From Octopus sinensis (Eukaryota), in NCBI RefSeq assembly GCF_006345805.1, contig NC_043000.1:8184001-8248000 (forward strand): a DNA stretch of 64,000 bases, given 5' to 3'. Both the position numbers and the translations under genes were made by a program. Of the stretch, positions 12,477 to 25,024 are shown one piece after another (the first letter of the stretch is position 1; the number at the start of each line of letters is the position of its first letter). The notes beneath the pieces are model-generated. The model was given only the letters and a program-made list of their open reading frames with translations, did not search any database and was not told the DNA's origin.

Positions 12477-13130
12477 CAGTAATCCCTTGACTATCTTGGG
12501 TGTTACGTTTCAAAAACTCCTGTGATAGATGAAAATCAATGAAGTAGGAACAATTCTCTACTGTATAATTTTTAAAATTATTTTTATAATTTTTATGTAT
12601 TTATTTTATTATAAATGCAAAACAACACCACAGAGGAATCGATGTAAGCTTAAATAGGTGTAGGAGTGGCTGTGTGGTAAGTAGCTTGCTTATGAACCAC
12701 ATGGTTCTGGGTTCAGTCCCACTGCATGACACCTTGGGCAAGTGTCTTCTACTATAGTCTCAGGCCAACCAAAGATTTGTGAGTGGATTTGGTAGACAGA
12801 AACTGAAAGAAGCCTGTCGTATATATGTATATATATATGTGTGTATGTGTGTGTGCATATGTTTGTGTGTTTGTGTTTGTCCCCCCAACATCGCTTGACA
12901 ACCGATGCTGGTGTGTTTACGTCCCCGTAAGTTAGCGGTTCGGCAAAAGATACCGTTAGAATAAGTACTGGGCTTACAAAGAATAAGTCCTGGGATCGAT
13001 TTGCTTGACTAAAGATGGTGCTCCAGCATGGCCTCAGTCAAATGACTGAAAGAAGTATAAAAGAGTAAAAGAGTGAAAAGAGAGTAATAAACCATGATAG
13101 GTGAACCACAATATGGCGAGGAATTACCAT
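12477..13130. mobile_element. Tigger/pogo-like MITE (CAGTAATCCCT termini) split by a SINE A insertion
   Basis: Left part 12477-12655 and right part 13088-13130 align with the uninterrupted copy at 14368-14588. Confidence 0.7.
12656..13085 (+). mobile_element. SINE family A, full length
   Basis: Complete head-to-tail match. Confidence 0.9.
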
Positions 13131-13964
13131 ACATTATAAAAATGATCAAAAATAATTATATTATTAATGAAAATAAGTACATTGTTAATGAAGATAACTA
13201 CATTAATTAACGAATAAAAATGATAACATTATTTAATCAAAAAAGTAAGTACATAATTTAATTAATGAAAATGTACAATTATTTAACAAATTAAAATAAC
13301 GGTTTCAAATTTAGGCACAAGGCCAGCAGTTTTGAAAGTTGGATGTTACTTGATACCATCAAGTCCAATACATGACTGCTACTTTATTTTATTAACCCCA
13401 GAGGGATGAAAGCAAATGATGAGGTATGAAAGCAAAAGATGATCCAGTACATAAAGAACTGGAGGAAAATGGTAGTTCATATTTTCTGCACTCTAACAAT
13501 TTTGCCAGATGTCTGCTCCAAGGTTTATAATTTTGGCGCAAGACACTGAAAGGACAAAAGGCAAAGCTGACTTCAGTGGAATTTGAACTCATGATGTAAA
13601 AAGCCAAAAGAAATCCCACTAGAATTTTCTCTGACAAAAATAAGACAACAAAGGAGCCTGTATATGGCCAGCTGACCTGTTAGAAATAGCAACTAAGTCT
13701 CCCTTAAATCACATCATTTTGTCCTTTAAAAGGAAGTCGTTAAATAATGTAGTCACAGATATGAATTGCTTGAGAGAAGAAACATGATGGTCATGGCTAG
13801 AAAGCCTTTGGTCATTGATCTGCTCAGTTACAGATGACCTGGCCGCAAACAACAGAAACAACCAATGGAAATAGTTGTTGCTGTTGCTTGTAAAATCCTT
13901 CAGTAAAAGTCCACCAGTGTGAGGTGTAATTTGAACAGAAAAAGTGGACTTAAAAATTTAATTT

Positions 13965-14340
13965 TGTTATGCCATGTACTAGGGTGTACTAGGGTGTTTT
14001 GAAAAGATCCTAGCTTTAAGGGTATTGCAGAAGACCTGGTTGGAGGCCTAAACTTCTGAATTCTTTCACAGGGTTTAGAAAAGCCGAAGGATTGCTGCAA
14101 TAAATGTGTGAATCTGAGAGGAGAATATGTTGAATAAAATCATAATTAACTGATCCTATACACACACACACACACACACACACAAAGGGTGCTGCAAAGT
14201 TCCTGGCTTTAAGAGTATTGTGAAAGGCTTGGTTGGAGGCCTAAACTCCTGAATTCTTTTACAGGGCTTAGGAAAACTGAAGGACTGCTTAAATAAGTGT
14301 ATAAATCTGAGAGGGGAATATGTTTTCGGCACCACCTTGT
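13965..14340 (+). mobile_element. Two adjacent mariner-derived MITE copies
   Basis: Both match 22975-23170 and 41550-41755 and contain a degenerate mariner C-terminal coding stretch. Confidence 0.65.
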
Positions 14341-14367
14341 GTATATACATATACATACATATATACA

Positions 14368-14588
14368 GTAATCCCTTGACTACCACAGGTGTTATGTTCC
14401 AGAACCCCATGTAATACGTGAAAATTCACGAAGTACAAACAGTACTGTACTGTATATTTTTTTAATTACCTTTATAATTTGTATATATTTAATTTATCAT
14501 AAATACAAAACAACCCCATGGAGGAATCTATGTAAGCTTAAATAATAAGGCACAATAGGTGAACCATAATATGGTGAAGGATTACTCT
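14368..14588. mobile_element. Tigger/pogo-like MITE
   Basis: Imperfect TIRs TA|CAGTAATCCCTT ... GAAGGATTACT. Confidence 0.65.
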
Positions 14589-14625
14589 CTCTCTCTCACT
14601 CTCTCTCTATCTCTCTCTCTCTCTC

Positions 14626-14678
<53 letters not shown>

Positions 14679-14846
14679 TGATGGGCTGCTTTCAGTTTCC
14701 GTCTACCACATCCACTTACAAGGCTTTGGTTGGTCCAAGGCTATAGCAGATGACACTTGCCATGCAGTGGGACTGAACCCGGGACCATGTGGTTGGTAAG
14801 CAAGCTACTTACCTTACAACCATTCCTGCGCCTATACATACATACA

Positions 14847-14882
<36 letters not shown>

Positions 14883-14891
14883 TATACACAC

Positions 14892-14923
<32 letters not shown>

Positions 14924-14947
14924 ATATATATATACACACACACACAT

Positions 14948-14990
<43 letters not shown>

Positions 14991-15009
14991 TAGAGCTGTG
15001 TTCTGTTAA

Positions 15010-16270
15010 GAATGTATTAGAATACAAATACAATATGGATTTGTCCCTAACTCCAGCTGCAGTGATCAGCTTGTCGAGTTCCTTGAGGACATTACTCAGA
15101 TCACTGACAGTGGCTCATGGGTGGATGTTGTCTACCTTGACTTTGCTAAGGCTTTCAACTCTGTGCCACACAAAAGGCTTATGCTGAAACTCTCTGCAAT
15201 GGGTGTGAGGGATGACCTTTTTAACTGGTTGAAGTCCTTCATTCTCAACCGAAAGGAGGTAGTCACAGTTCTAGGACAGCATTCTACACCATATGAGATG
15301 TCATCGGGTGTACCACAGGGATCTGTCCTTCGTCCCCCCTTGTTTGTGGCATACATTAATGACATAGATGCAAATTTAAAGAATGCCACAGTATTGAAAT
15401 ATGCAGATGACATCAAGGTGTACCTTGAAATCAAGAGGACAGATCCTGTTGTCTACAGCTCTTTCCTGCAATCAGACCTGGACACAATGCATCAATGGAT
15501 CACAGACTGGCAACTGAAACTGGCTGTGGACAAGTGTACCACCATGCATTTTGGGAGAAAAAACCCTGCGTCCACATACTCCCTCCACAACACTGATATC
15601 AAGAAATCCTCTTGCAAGAGTGACCTAGGCATCACTGTCAGCAGTGATTTGCGTTGGACAAAGCATATCTCTAAAATTGTCAAGAAGGCCGAGGGTGTCT
15701 TGGCATCACTCAGCAAGACTTTTGTTAGCCACTCTCCAGCCATCTATTTAAAACTGTATACAGCTATGGTACGACCACACTTCGCATCATCAGTTTGGAA
15801 CCCCTATCTTGCTCAAAACATTGACCTCCTGGAATCTGTTCAGAGATGTGCAACCAAACGCATACCCTCCATCAGACACCTACCATATTCTGAGCGCCTT
15901 GTTTCCCTGGGCATGGATTCACTGAAGCTCCGGCGTCTGGCGACGGACTTGGTAAACGCCCACAAAGTTGTCAACCACCTCACCAATAACAACACTGAAC
16001 ACCTTTTGATCTCCATGTGTCTAACACACGTGGACATGCCTACAAAGTCAGAAAACAACACAGCTCCCATGACTTTCGGAAACATTTCTTCACACTCAGA
16101 GTTGCTGAAGTATGGAATAAACTGCCTGCGTCAGTTGTTGACTGCCATGACACTGCATCCTTTAAGGCCCTCATGCTTTCCGAAATCCGCCGAAACTACA
16201 CCTGATTATATATACACTTTCGATGAGTTGTAGTGCACCTGAGCACTGTACACAATGTTTATTATTATTA
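15010..16270 (+). mobile_element. 5'-truncated CR1-group LINE, RT domain and C-terminus, frameshifted
   Basis: QYGFVPNSSC, VDVVYLDFAKAF, SGVPQGSVL, KYADDIK and LGITVSSDLRW in one frame; true C-terminus TRGH...FFTLRVAEVWNKLP in another frame (16017-16205); (ATT)n tail near 16260. Confidence 0.92.
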
Positions 16271-16428
16271 TTTTTAAATAGAGCTTGTTCACCCTAAGAA
16301 TTCCCAAATAGCCAGTAAATCCTGTATATACATGGATCTGTATGTATCGAAACATTTGTAGGGATTATTAAAAAGCTGTCTAACTTGCTCTTCCTTTTGA
16401 CTCTTTTACTTTTTACATTTTACTTGAT

Positions 16429-16479
<51 letters not shown>

Positions 16480-16673
16480 GCATCCTATTCATTCTTAATT
16501 CTAAATCGTTCTGGCAGATTTAAATGTTGCTTTTTTGTCACTGGGAAATACTTTATCCTTCCAGTGACATATCTTCATAACACACAATGATCCACTGGTT
16601 CACTGATGTAACAAGACATTGAGGGACACTGCAATGTTTCAACATTTTTGTGTGTCTCCTCACTTAAAGTTAC

Positions 16674-16820
16674 CCCATGGCCAGAACGATGGACCTGAAT
16701 CAACAAAGAAATTATTTGCTGATTTATGCAGATGTCTGTCAAATAGATAATGAATAATAATTCTTGGGGTGTTCCAATGGGGAAAAACAGCAGTGATCGG
16801 ACGTTCACATTCAAGTCTAC
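16674..16820 (-). CDS. Candidate host exon (RLECERPITAVFPHWNTPRIIIHYLFDRHLHKSANNFFVDSGPSFWPW)
   Basis: Acceptor tttattttctatatgttcAG; 147-nt phase 1-1 open frame to GGG|gtaact, or read-through to TGA at 16660-16662. Unique non-repeat sequence; product not recognised. Confidence 0.35.
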
Positions 16821-17239
16821 CTGAACATATAGAAAATAAATAGATAGTTCATTGTTTTTATTTCTCTACTGGAAAGGTGAGCAGGTTAAAGATAAGAGAA
16901 GGAAAAGAGAAAGAAAGTATTGAGAGAGAGAGTGGGAGAGAGAGGAGGAAGATGAGGAGAGGAAGAAAAAGAGAGATAGAGAGTAAGGAGAGGGAGAGGA
17001 GAGAAAGCGAAAGTGAGAAACTGGAGAGGAGTTGCTTTATTGAGAACCAGAAAGTATGTTGTCAAGAGGGCAGCATGTGTGCATGTGTGTGCATGTGTGC
17101 ATGTGTGTGCATGCGTGTGCACATGTGTGTTTGTGTGTGTGTTTGTGTGTGTGTATGTACATATGTGTATGTGTTTTTGCATGTAGTTAACACCAGCTGT
17201 TGTTGCTTTGTACAGGTTGCAGTTGTGACAGCTGCAGTC

Positions 17240-17498
17240 CCGAGAACAACAGCAGCAGTAGCAGCAGCAGCAACAGTAGCAGCAGCAACAGAAGTGGCAG
17301 TAGTCATAGTAGTAGTAGAGGTAGTAGTGGTGGTGGTGGGGGGTGGTGGTGGGGTGGGGCGATGGCACGAAGAGCTATAATATTAAGTAGTAAAACATTT
17401 AGTAAAAATATACAACTGTTACACTTGTTGCTATCTAAATGTCAAAAGAAGTAGCAGCAACAGCAACAACAGTGGCAGAAGCAGTAATTTTAGAAGTT

Positions 17499-17535
<37 letters not shown>

Positions 17536-18050
17536 CAGCTGTGACAGAAATTGGAGAATTAATAGGTTAACTAGTAGTAAATTCTATTAATGTCGTCATT
17601 GGTGTTTGTCATCATCATCATTATAGCTGTCATCAGAGATCGTCATTGTGATCGTCGTCGTGGCCATCATCACCATCGTCATCGTCATAATCATCATCAT
17701 CAAGGTCGTCACCGTTGTCGTCATCATCATCATTGTCGTGGCTGTCATCATTGTCATTATCATCATCATCATCATCATGAAGATCATGAAGATCAAAATC
17801 ATTATCATCATCCACCTCAACATCATCATCTACATCATTATCATCGCCATTGTCATAGTCTTTCTCCTCCTCCTCCTCCTCCTCCTCCTCATCATCATCA
17901 TCATTGTCACCACCACCACCACCACTGCCACTGCCACTGCCACTGCTGCCACCATCATCATCATCATCATTATCATCATCATCATCATTGTAGTCATCAT
18001 CATCCTTCATCCTTCTCCTCCTCCTCCTCATCATCATTACCACTGTTAGT
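17240..18050. repeat. Cryptic trinucleotide tracts (AGC/AGT/GGT then CAT/CCT/CAC)
   Basis: Directly visible; explains the poly-H/D/I ORFs. Confidence 0.9.
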
Positions 18051-18418
18051 ATAGCAGTAATAGGTGTAAAGAGTTAACAAAAAAAGCTTCTAAACATGGT
18101 CATACTCAAGCTGCAGAAAAAGAAAATAGCAGCCAAATTTCCTACAAATTACACCTTACCATTCTTAAAAATAAACATAAAACAAAACCAAAGAAAACCG
18201 ACAGAACATTCTGGACAATGGTGTAGTGGTCTTTGAAATACAAAATAAAATGCCTTTGATCATAGGTCCGCCTGATCATATGACTGATGTTAAGCATACA
18301 GCAATAACAGTAGCAACAACATTTTAGTGTTTGTTTACCGATGCTACCTGAGGATTAAATAGTTCTGCTATGTAGATCATTGCTTTGATCACTCACAGTC
18401 AAAAGCAGATTACCTCAA

Positions 18419-18620
18419 CCCTTTAGCATTCAGATTTCTCTGTCAAATGCAATGCTTATTTATTCACAGCATTATCTTATAGCTTTGAGGTTTCAATGCT
18501 GTGATTGTATATTTCTAGAATGACATTGGAGGGCAAGTGTGAGTGGCTGGATCTGGTTGCTTTGAACATGAAACAGATAGTATATTTGGGCCGGATATGG
18601 CCTGTTTAAATGCTAAAGGG
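18419..18620. mobile_element. piggyBac-like MITE family 1 (CCCTTTAGCATT TIR)
   Basis: CCCTTTAGCATT...AATGCTAAAGGG|TTAA; further copies at 26789-27008, 55338-55546 and a partial one near 41470. Confidence 0.8.
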
Positions 18621-19256
18621 TTAAACATACTCAACTACCAGGACTTGGTTGCTTTCATAGTCCACATTTCTCTTGCTATTTAACATCTCATTTCCTACAC
18701 ATCCATCATATTGCTTGTTTTAAAATGTTATTTAAAAACAAAAAGAGATGCTCTTTGCTTTCGATAGAAGAATTTCTTGTAACTTTCCTTTGTCTACATC
18801 AATTCATTACACCAGTCTGTAGTAATTTTACTTTGACATTTTTTATAGTGAAACTAGTTTCAGGTTAATGTGGGGGCTCTGATTCTAAATATGACATAAT
18901 TTTTTGTCTAACAAGTCATAATTAGTCACTAATTACCATAGAACAGAAATGTGCAGTCACACATTTTTGGCAATTTATGAAAATTATGGATGATAATTCT
19001 TCATTTGAAACCATTTTATTCATTTAAAAATGAAGTTGCACCTACAAAACTTTTTTAAGAGAACAGACAAGTTTATTTCTTACAAAACCTGTATGACATC
19101 TTATCCATAAGTTCAAAAGCTCTCGAGTATAATGTCTCTATTTCATTAGATAAGTTCCTTTTCCATCTGCGGCATATATGTAGCATCCATTATCAATATA
19201 TAGCAACCAGCTTTTTTACTGTACTTACTCTATCTAATAATTTCTTATTGGACCTA

Positions 19257-19770
19257 CCGTAAATCCTCGAGTATAGTCTGCCCTTGAGTATAATACGCAG
19301 AGGACTTTTAGTGAGCTCTACAGCTGAAAAACCTAAATCTTGTGTATAATACACACCTCTTCTCTAACTCGAGTCAAGGAGGTCTATATAACGTCCTTGG
19401 TTTGTAAAAATGTATACGGTAGTGTCCTTTATTATTATTGTATATATAACATAATGCAAACGTGTAGCTTTTTTGTGCATTTTGTTTGCAGAAAATAAAG
19501 AAATAACAGTAATGACAGTAACGTTTAATAAATGTTGATTACTGCAAGTTATGGGTGATCCTTTGATGACTTTTATGACAGGCTTAGCTTAAGGTATTTT
19601 CATGCCCAACATCACAAAATGCATCTGAATAAAAATTGCCGGACAGCAAATAGAGACTCGGACATTGCTTAGGAAATAATTTTCATTTTTAACCTCGTAT
19701 ATAGTACACACTAGGGATTTTGACCTTTAAATGTTGGGGAAAAATGCTGATTATACACAAGGATTTATGG
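19257..19770. mobile_element. Tc2/pogo-like MITE (CCGTAAATCC TIR, TA flanks)
   Basis: TA|CCGTAAATCCTCGAGTATA ... TATACACAAGGATTTATGG|TA; closely matches 35214-35726. Confidence 0.85.
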
Positions 19771-20224
19771 TATATTATTTAGTTTGAAACAATGCTCCTA
19801 AATCTATTAGTCCATTAACACTTCATGAACTTCAAGGCCTTGTCATCAGAATGAAGTGATGGTATTACATCCTATTGGGTGACTTGCCCAGACCAATGCA
19901 TCTCAATGCATCTTTAGGGAATCCCATGCCTTTGCATTCCTTACTTGGACATCTATTCCTGTTGAAGAAACATGATAGTAATAATAGTATGTTATTTTTG
20001 CGTTTTTTAGTTATAACAATATTCCCATGATTCTGTTTTTGAAATGTTTATGGATTAAAGAATTAGAAATATCATTTTTCTAAATTAAATATAAAAGACT
20101 AATAAGAAAATATATATGGACCTAAATAAAATATTAAACTCGAACCCATAATTTAATACACACACACATACACACACACAAGCACATACACAGTTGGCAG
20201 AAGATGTGACCATACACTAAAGAT

Positions 20225-20535
20225 ATTGAGTCCGCCTTTGGTCATGACTGACCGTGGGATTGCACCTAGAAAGTTACCCTCCCAGGCACAATTCCGGGCA
20301 AGGATGTTTATGGAAGACCAGCAGTCACCCATGCATACCGGCCTCCCCTCTCCACGCCACCAGTGTTATTCAAGGGAAAAGCAAAGGCCGCAACTCATTT
20401 CTACAACTGAGTAAACTGGAGCAACATGAAATAAAGTGTCTTGCTCAAGAACACAACACACAGTCCGATCCAGGATTCGAACTCACAACCTCATGACCGT
20501 AAGCTCGATGCGCTAACCATTGAGCCATACACCTT
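20225..20535 (-). mobile_element. tRNA-headed SINE (family C-related head, different body)
   Basis: Minus-strand head atggctcaatggttagcgcatcgagc...gagttcgaatcctgg. Confidence 0.7.
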
Positions 20536-20734
20536 TACACTGAAGATACAGGTGTCAGCTAAGGTAGGGGTCCCCAACCAGACTGCAGACAAGCACCAAA
20601 CAATGAATCTTTTGGTACCAGGCTGCACAGAAAGAACAAATATTTAAATTTCATTTCTATTTTATTGACTGCAGAGTGTTTTTGCATTGTATATGTATTA
20701 TCTTTTCTTTAGCTTTTCATTTTTTTTTGCATGT

Positions 20735-21320
20735 TTCAGTCGTTAGCCTATGGCCTTGCTGGGGCACCACTTTGAAAAATTTTTAGGGAAATTAGTCAAC
20801 ACCAGTACTTATTTTTTTAAAGCCTGGTACTTATTTTAGTGAACTCTTTTGCTGAACCACTAAGTTATGGTGATGTAAACACATCAACACCAGTTGTCAG
20901 GTGGTGGTGGAGAATAAACACACACACACACACATGACAAGCTTCTTTCAGGTTCTATCTACCAAATCCACTCACAAGGCTTTGGTTGGCCCAAGATTAA
21001 CCCTTTTGTTACCATATTTCTGTTGAGATGCTCTGTATGTCTTTCAATTAATTTTAAATATAACAAAGAATTTAGTAATATAACTTAGTTATCATTAAGC
21101 TAGTGTTAGGAACATAAATTGTGACTAAGGTTTGGTGGAAGATTTTAATTCAAAACTTATGAAAACAAGACATTTGTGCTACAGAGCCAGTGGTGGTTTC
21201 AGCCGGGTTGGTAACAAAAGGGTTAAAGTAGAAGACACTTGCCCATAGTGCTACACAGTAGGACTGAACCTAGAATCATGCGGTTGGGAAGCAAGCTTCT
21301 TACCACACAGCCACTCCCGT
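20735..21320 (-). mobile_element. SINE family A interrupted by a piggyBac-like MITE
   Basis: SINE sequence resumes at 21227 after the TTAA-flanked insert. Confidence 0.8.
21001..21222. mobile_element. piggyBac-like MITE family 2
   Basis: TTAA|CCCTTTTGTTACC ... GGTAACAAAAGGG|TTAA, a perfect 13-bp TIR with TTAA on both sides. Decayed relative at about 46695-46920. Confidence 0.9.
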
Positions 21321-21848
21321 AATATATATATATGCTTAATATACATAATTATTAAATAATATATTATCCACGTTCTTGTTATGTTTGCCCATTATGCCAC
21401 TCTTCTGTGGAAAGATCATCTTGCATGAGACCAATCTGTGGTGCAAAAAGGGTTGTGGACCACTGAGCCAAGATGACTCTGAAGCACCTAACAAGATGCG
21501 GATACTAATGTTTGTCAGTTGGCTGTAGATCTGATGGTATGCCAAAACCATTTGTTAGCCAGGATGACAGCTGTTGTGATAGTAACTTACATAATAAATA
21601 ATAATTTACACTTTACCCCCTACCCCAGCTATTGAGCACTCTTTCTTCTGCTCATCACCACTTGAGTGTATGTGTGTGTGTGTGAGTGTGTGTGTGTGTG
21701 AGTGTGTGTGTGTGTGTGTGTGTGGTGTAAGTATGCATATTTGTATTAAATGGTTAAGTAGAAGAATAGCAGGAATTTAATTAACATCAGCCTCCTCCGC
21801 TCCTTTATCACCACTGTCATTATGATCTCCACCCCCACCCCCACCATC

Positions 21849-21880
<32 letters not shown>

Positions 21881-22054
21881 CACCATTATCGCCAGCAACA
21901 GCACCACCATCAACCAATGTTGTCATACCAGAAAATCTTATCTTTCCTCTGCATACTGAACAATTCCTTTAAAGCATAGTCACTCACTCAATTCACTTGC
22001 ATTCAAACTTTCTTCAGAGATTAACATTGCACAGTCAAAAACAGATTACTCTAA

Positions 22055-22228
22055 ACACGTCTGTATCCAATTTCTATGACTTGGCTGCCTTCACTGTCCA
22101 TATTTCCTTTGCCATTTAGCATCTTATTTCCTACGCAGCCATCATACAGCATGCTTTTGATTTTTTTTTTTATGAGAGAAGCTCTTTGTTTTCTGCAGTA
22201 GTTCTTGTAGAGTTTGCCTATGTCTACA
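22055..22228 (-). mobile_element. Old RTE-like coding fragment
   Basis: LYDGCVGNKMLNG resembles the RTE LY..CV...ML.G motif; a similar copy lies at about 18630-18800. Confidence 0.35.
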
Positions 22229-22329
22229 CCAGTGTTTTTCAACCATTTTTTACCTATGAACCGCTTTGATCCCTATTTCATTCATATGGACCCCACCAAA
22301 GCCAATTGATATTTTTAAAAAATTTCATT

Positions 22330-22729
22330 AGGCGCAGGAGTGGCTGTGTGGTAAGTATCTTGCTTACGAACCACATGGTTCCGGGTTCAGTCCCACTGCA
22401 TGGCACCTTGGGCAAGTGTCTTCTACTATAGCCTTGGGCCAACCAAAGCCTTGTGAGTGGATTTGGTAGATGGAAACTGAAAGAAGCCTGTCATATATAT
22501 GTATACATATATGTGTGTGTGTATATATGTTTGTGTGTCTGTGTTTGTCCCCCCAAACATCGCTTGACAACTGATGCTGGTGTGTTTACGTCCCTATAAC
22601 TTAGCGGTTCGGCAATAGGGACCGATAGAATAAGTACTAGGCTTACAAAGAATAAGTCCTGGGGTCGATTTGCTTGACTAAAGGCAGTGCTCCAGCATGG
22701 CCACAGTCAAATGACTGAAACAAGTAAAG
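22330..22729 (+). mobile_element. SINE family A, full length
   Basis: Complete match. Confidence 0.9.
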
Positions 22730-22744
22730 CGTATATATTTTTTA

Positions 22745-23360
22745 TCTTTTATCTTTTAAATTTTACTTGTTCTACTCATCTGACTGCGGCCATGCTGGGG
22801 CATCACCTTGCAGAATTCCAGTTGAACAAATCAAACACAGCACTCATTATCTTTGTAAAGCCTGATATTTATTCTGTTGGTCTCTTTTGCTGAACCACTA
22901 AGTTGCAGGGACATAAACACAACAACACCAGTTGTCAAGTGATGGTGGAGGACAAATACAGACACAATTATCCTGACTTTAAGGCTATTGCGAAAGGCCT
23001 GGTTGGAGGCCCAACCTTCCAAGTTCTTTTACAGGGCTTAGAAAAACTGGAGGACCACTGCAATAAGTATGTGAATCTGAAAAGGGGATATGTTAAATAA
23101 CATCATAATTAACTGATCCTTCTGTATTTTCTTTTACCCAAAGCCAGGAACTTGTCAGCACCCCCTCATACACACACATACAGACATATACATATATGAT
23201 GGGCTTCTTTCAGTTTCTGTCTATCAAATTCACTTACAAGGCTTTGGTTGATCTGAGGCTATAGTAGAAGACACTTGCCCAGGGTTAAACGCAGTGGGAC
23301 TTAAGCTGGAACCATCTAGTTAGGAAGCAAACTTCTTACCACACTGCCAAACCTGCACAT
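22745..23360 (-). mobile_element. SINE family A carrying a mariner-derived MITE (22975-23170) in its internal microsatellite
   Basis: SINE halves flank an insert ending agccaggaacttgtcagcaccccctca|ta. Confidence 0.8.
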
Positions 23361-23469
23361 TTTTATTAGGAATTGTATAAAAAGTAAAATTATCAAAAAT
23401 TTTGTGTATTGTAGAAGTAAAACCAATTTATTGCAGATAAACCCAAATGAAATCATAGTTGTGGCTGAT

Positions 23470-23925
23470 GCTGGTGTGACTTAACTGGCACTCATGCCAG
23501 TGGCACATAAAATGCACCTTTTGAGCATTAGGCCACATGGAGGCCACATGGAGCCAATGTTATTGTTGTGTATGTAGCACCTGTGTTGGTGGCATGTAAA
23601 AAGCACCTTTTGAGTGTTGGGCCTCACAGAGTCAATGACAAATGACTGAGACCTTTGTCAATATGCTGTGTTTGAGAAGAAGATCCATGAAGCCAAATGA
23701 AATTGTAGTCATGGCAGATACTAGAGTTATGCAACAGGAACCCATGCTGGTGGCATGTAAAAGCACCCATCACACTCTTGGATTGGTTAGTATTAGGAAG
23801 GGCATCTGGCCATAGAAACCATGCCAAATTAAACTGGAGTCTGGTGCAGCCTCTTAGCTTACTAGCCCTGATCAAACCATCCAACCAAGGCTAGCATGGA
23901 CAACAGACATTAAATGATGATGATG
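23470..23925 (+). mobile_element. Family D element (internal GTGCC/GGCAC repeats, (GAT)n tail), diverged
   Basis: Matches 61165-61650. Confidence 0.7.
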
Positions 23926-23967
23926 TGTGTATGTGTGTGTACATATGAAAAGCTTCTTTCAGTTTCT

Positions 23968-24200
23968 TATTTCTTTACTGCCCACAAGGGGCTACACACA
24001 GAGAGGACAAACAAGGACAGACAAACAGATTAAGTCGATTATATTGACCCCAGTGCATAACTGGTACTTATTTAATTGACCACGAAAGGATGAAAGGCAA
24101 AGTCGACCTCAGCGGAATTTGAACTCAGAACGTAGCGGCAGACGAAATACCGCTAAGCATTTCGCCCGGTGTGCTAGCGATTCTGCCAGCTCACCACCTT
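23968..24200 (-). mobile_element. SINE family B nested in a SINE A fragment
   Basis: Direct repeat CTTTCAGTTTCT at 23956-23967 and 24201-24212. Confidence 0.85.
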
Positions 24201-24659
24201 CTTTCAGTTTCTGTCAACCAAATCCACTCACAAGGCTTTGGTTGGCCTGGGGCTATAGTAGAAGATAGCAGTATATAGTAGACACTTGCTCAAAGTACCA
24301 CACAGTGGGACTGAACCTTTGTCTTTATTTTTTATTATGATGATAATCAAATTAGTTTCTTACAAAACTTACATACCACAACCACTTAATTACCATATCA
24401 CAAAACCATAAAACTAGAGGCTGATATTAAAGGCAGACACCTACATCACTATAAAGAATACAGCACAGTATTATACATGAATATGTTGTCCAACAGAGAA
24501 AATATCTGGTTTAGATTTTTATGATAAAGTATCAATTGCTAATAATTAACTGAGAATGGTTGTAAAGCAGATAAGCACTTAATGAAGGTTTCTTAGAAAT
24601 GTGTTTGTTTCTGTACAGATCTGATGAATGAACTGTGTTTACTTGGGCAGGAGTTAGGA

Positions 24660-25024
24660 TTTTTTTTTTTTTGCGCCCTTTTAAAGCCTAGCCAGGTTCA
24701 TGGGCCCAGTTTCCCGGTTTCCATGGCATATGTGTTCCCCAGCTGGACGGGATGCCAGTCCATCACAGGAATAAATGCACCCTTTTAAAGCCTTGCCAGG
24801 CTCATGGGCCCGGTTTTCCAGTTTCAATGGCGTATGTGCTCCCCAGCTGGACGAAAAGCTAGTCCATCGCAGCGTTACTCATTTTTGCCAGCTGAGTGGA
24901 CTGGAGCAACGTGAAATGAAGTGTTTTGCTCAAGAACACAATGCATCGCCCGGTCCAGGAATCGAAACCACAATCTTACGATCATGATACTGACACCCTA
25001 ACCACTAAACCACGGGCCTCCACT
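24660..25024 (-). mobile_element. SINE family C-related copy with poly(A) tail and TSD
   Basis: Poly-T at the left end; AGTTAGGAT duplicated on both flanks. Confidence 0.85.
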
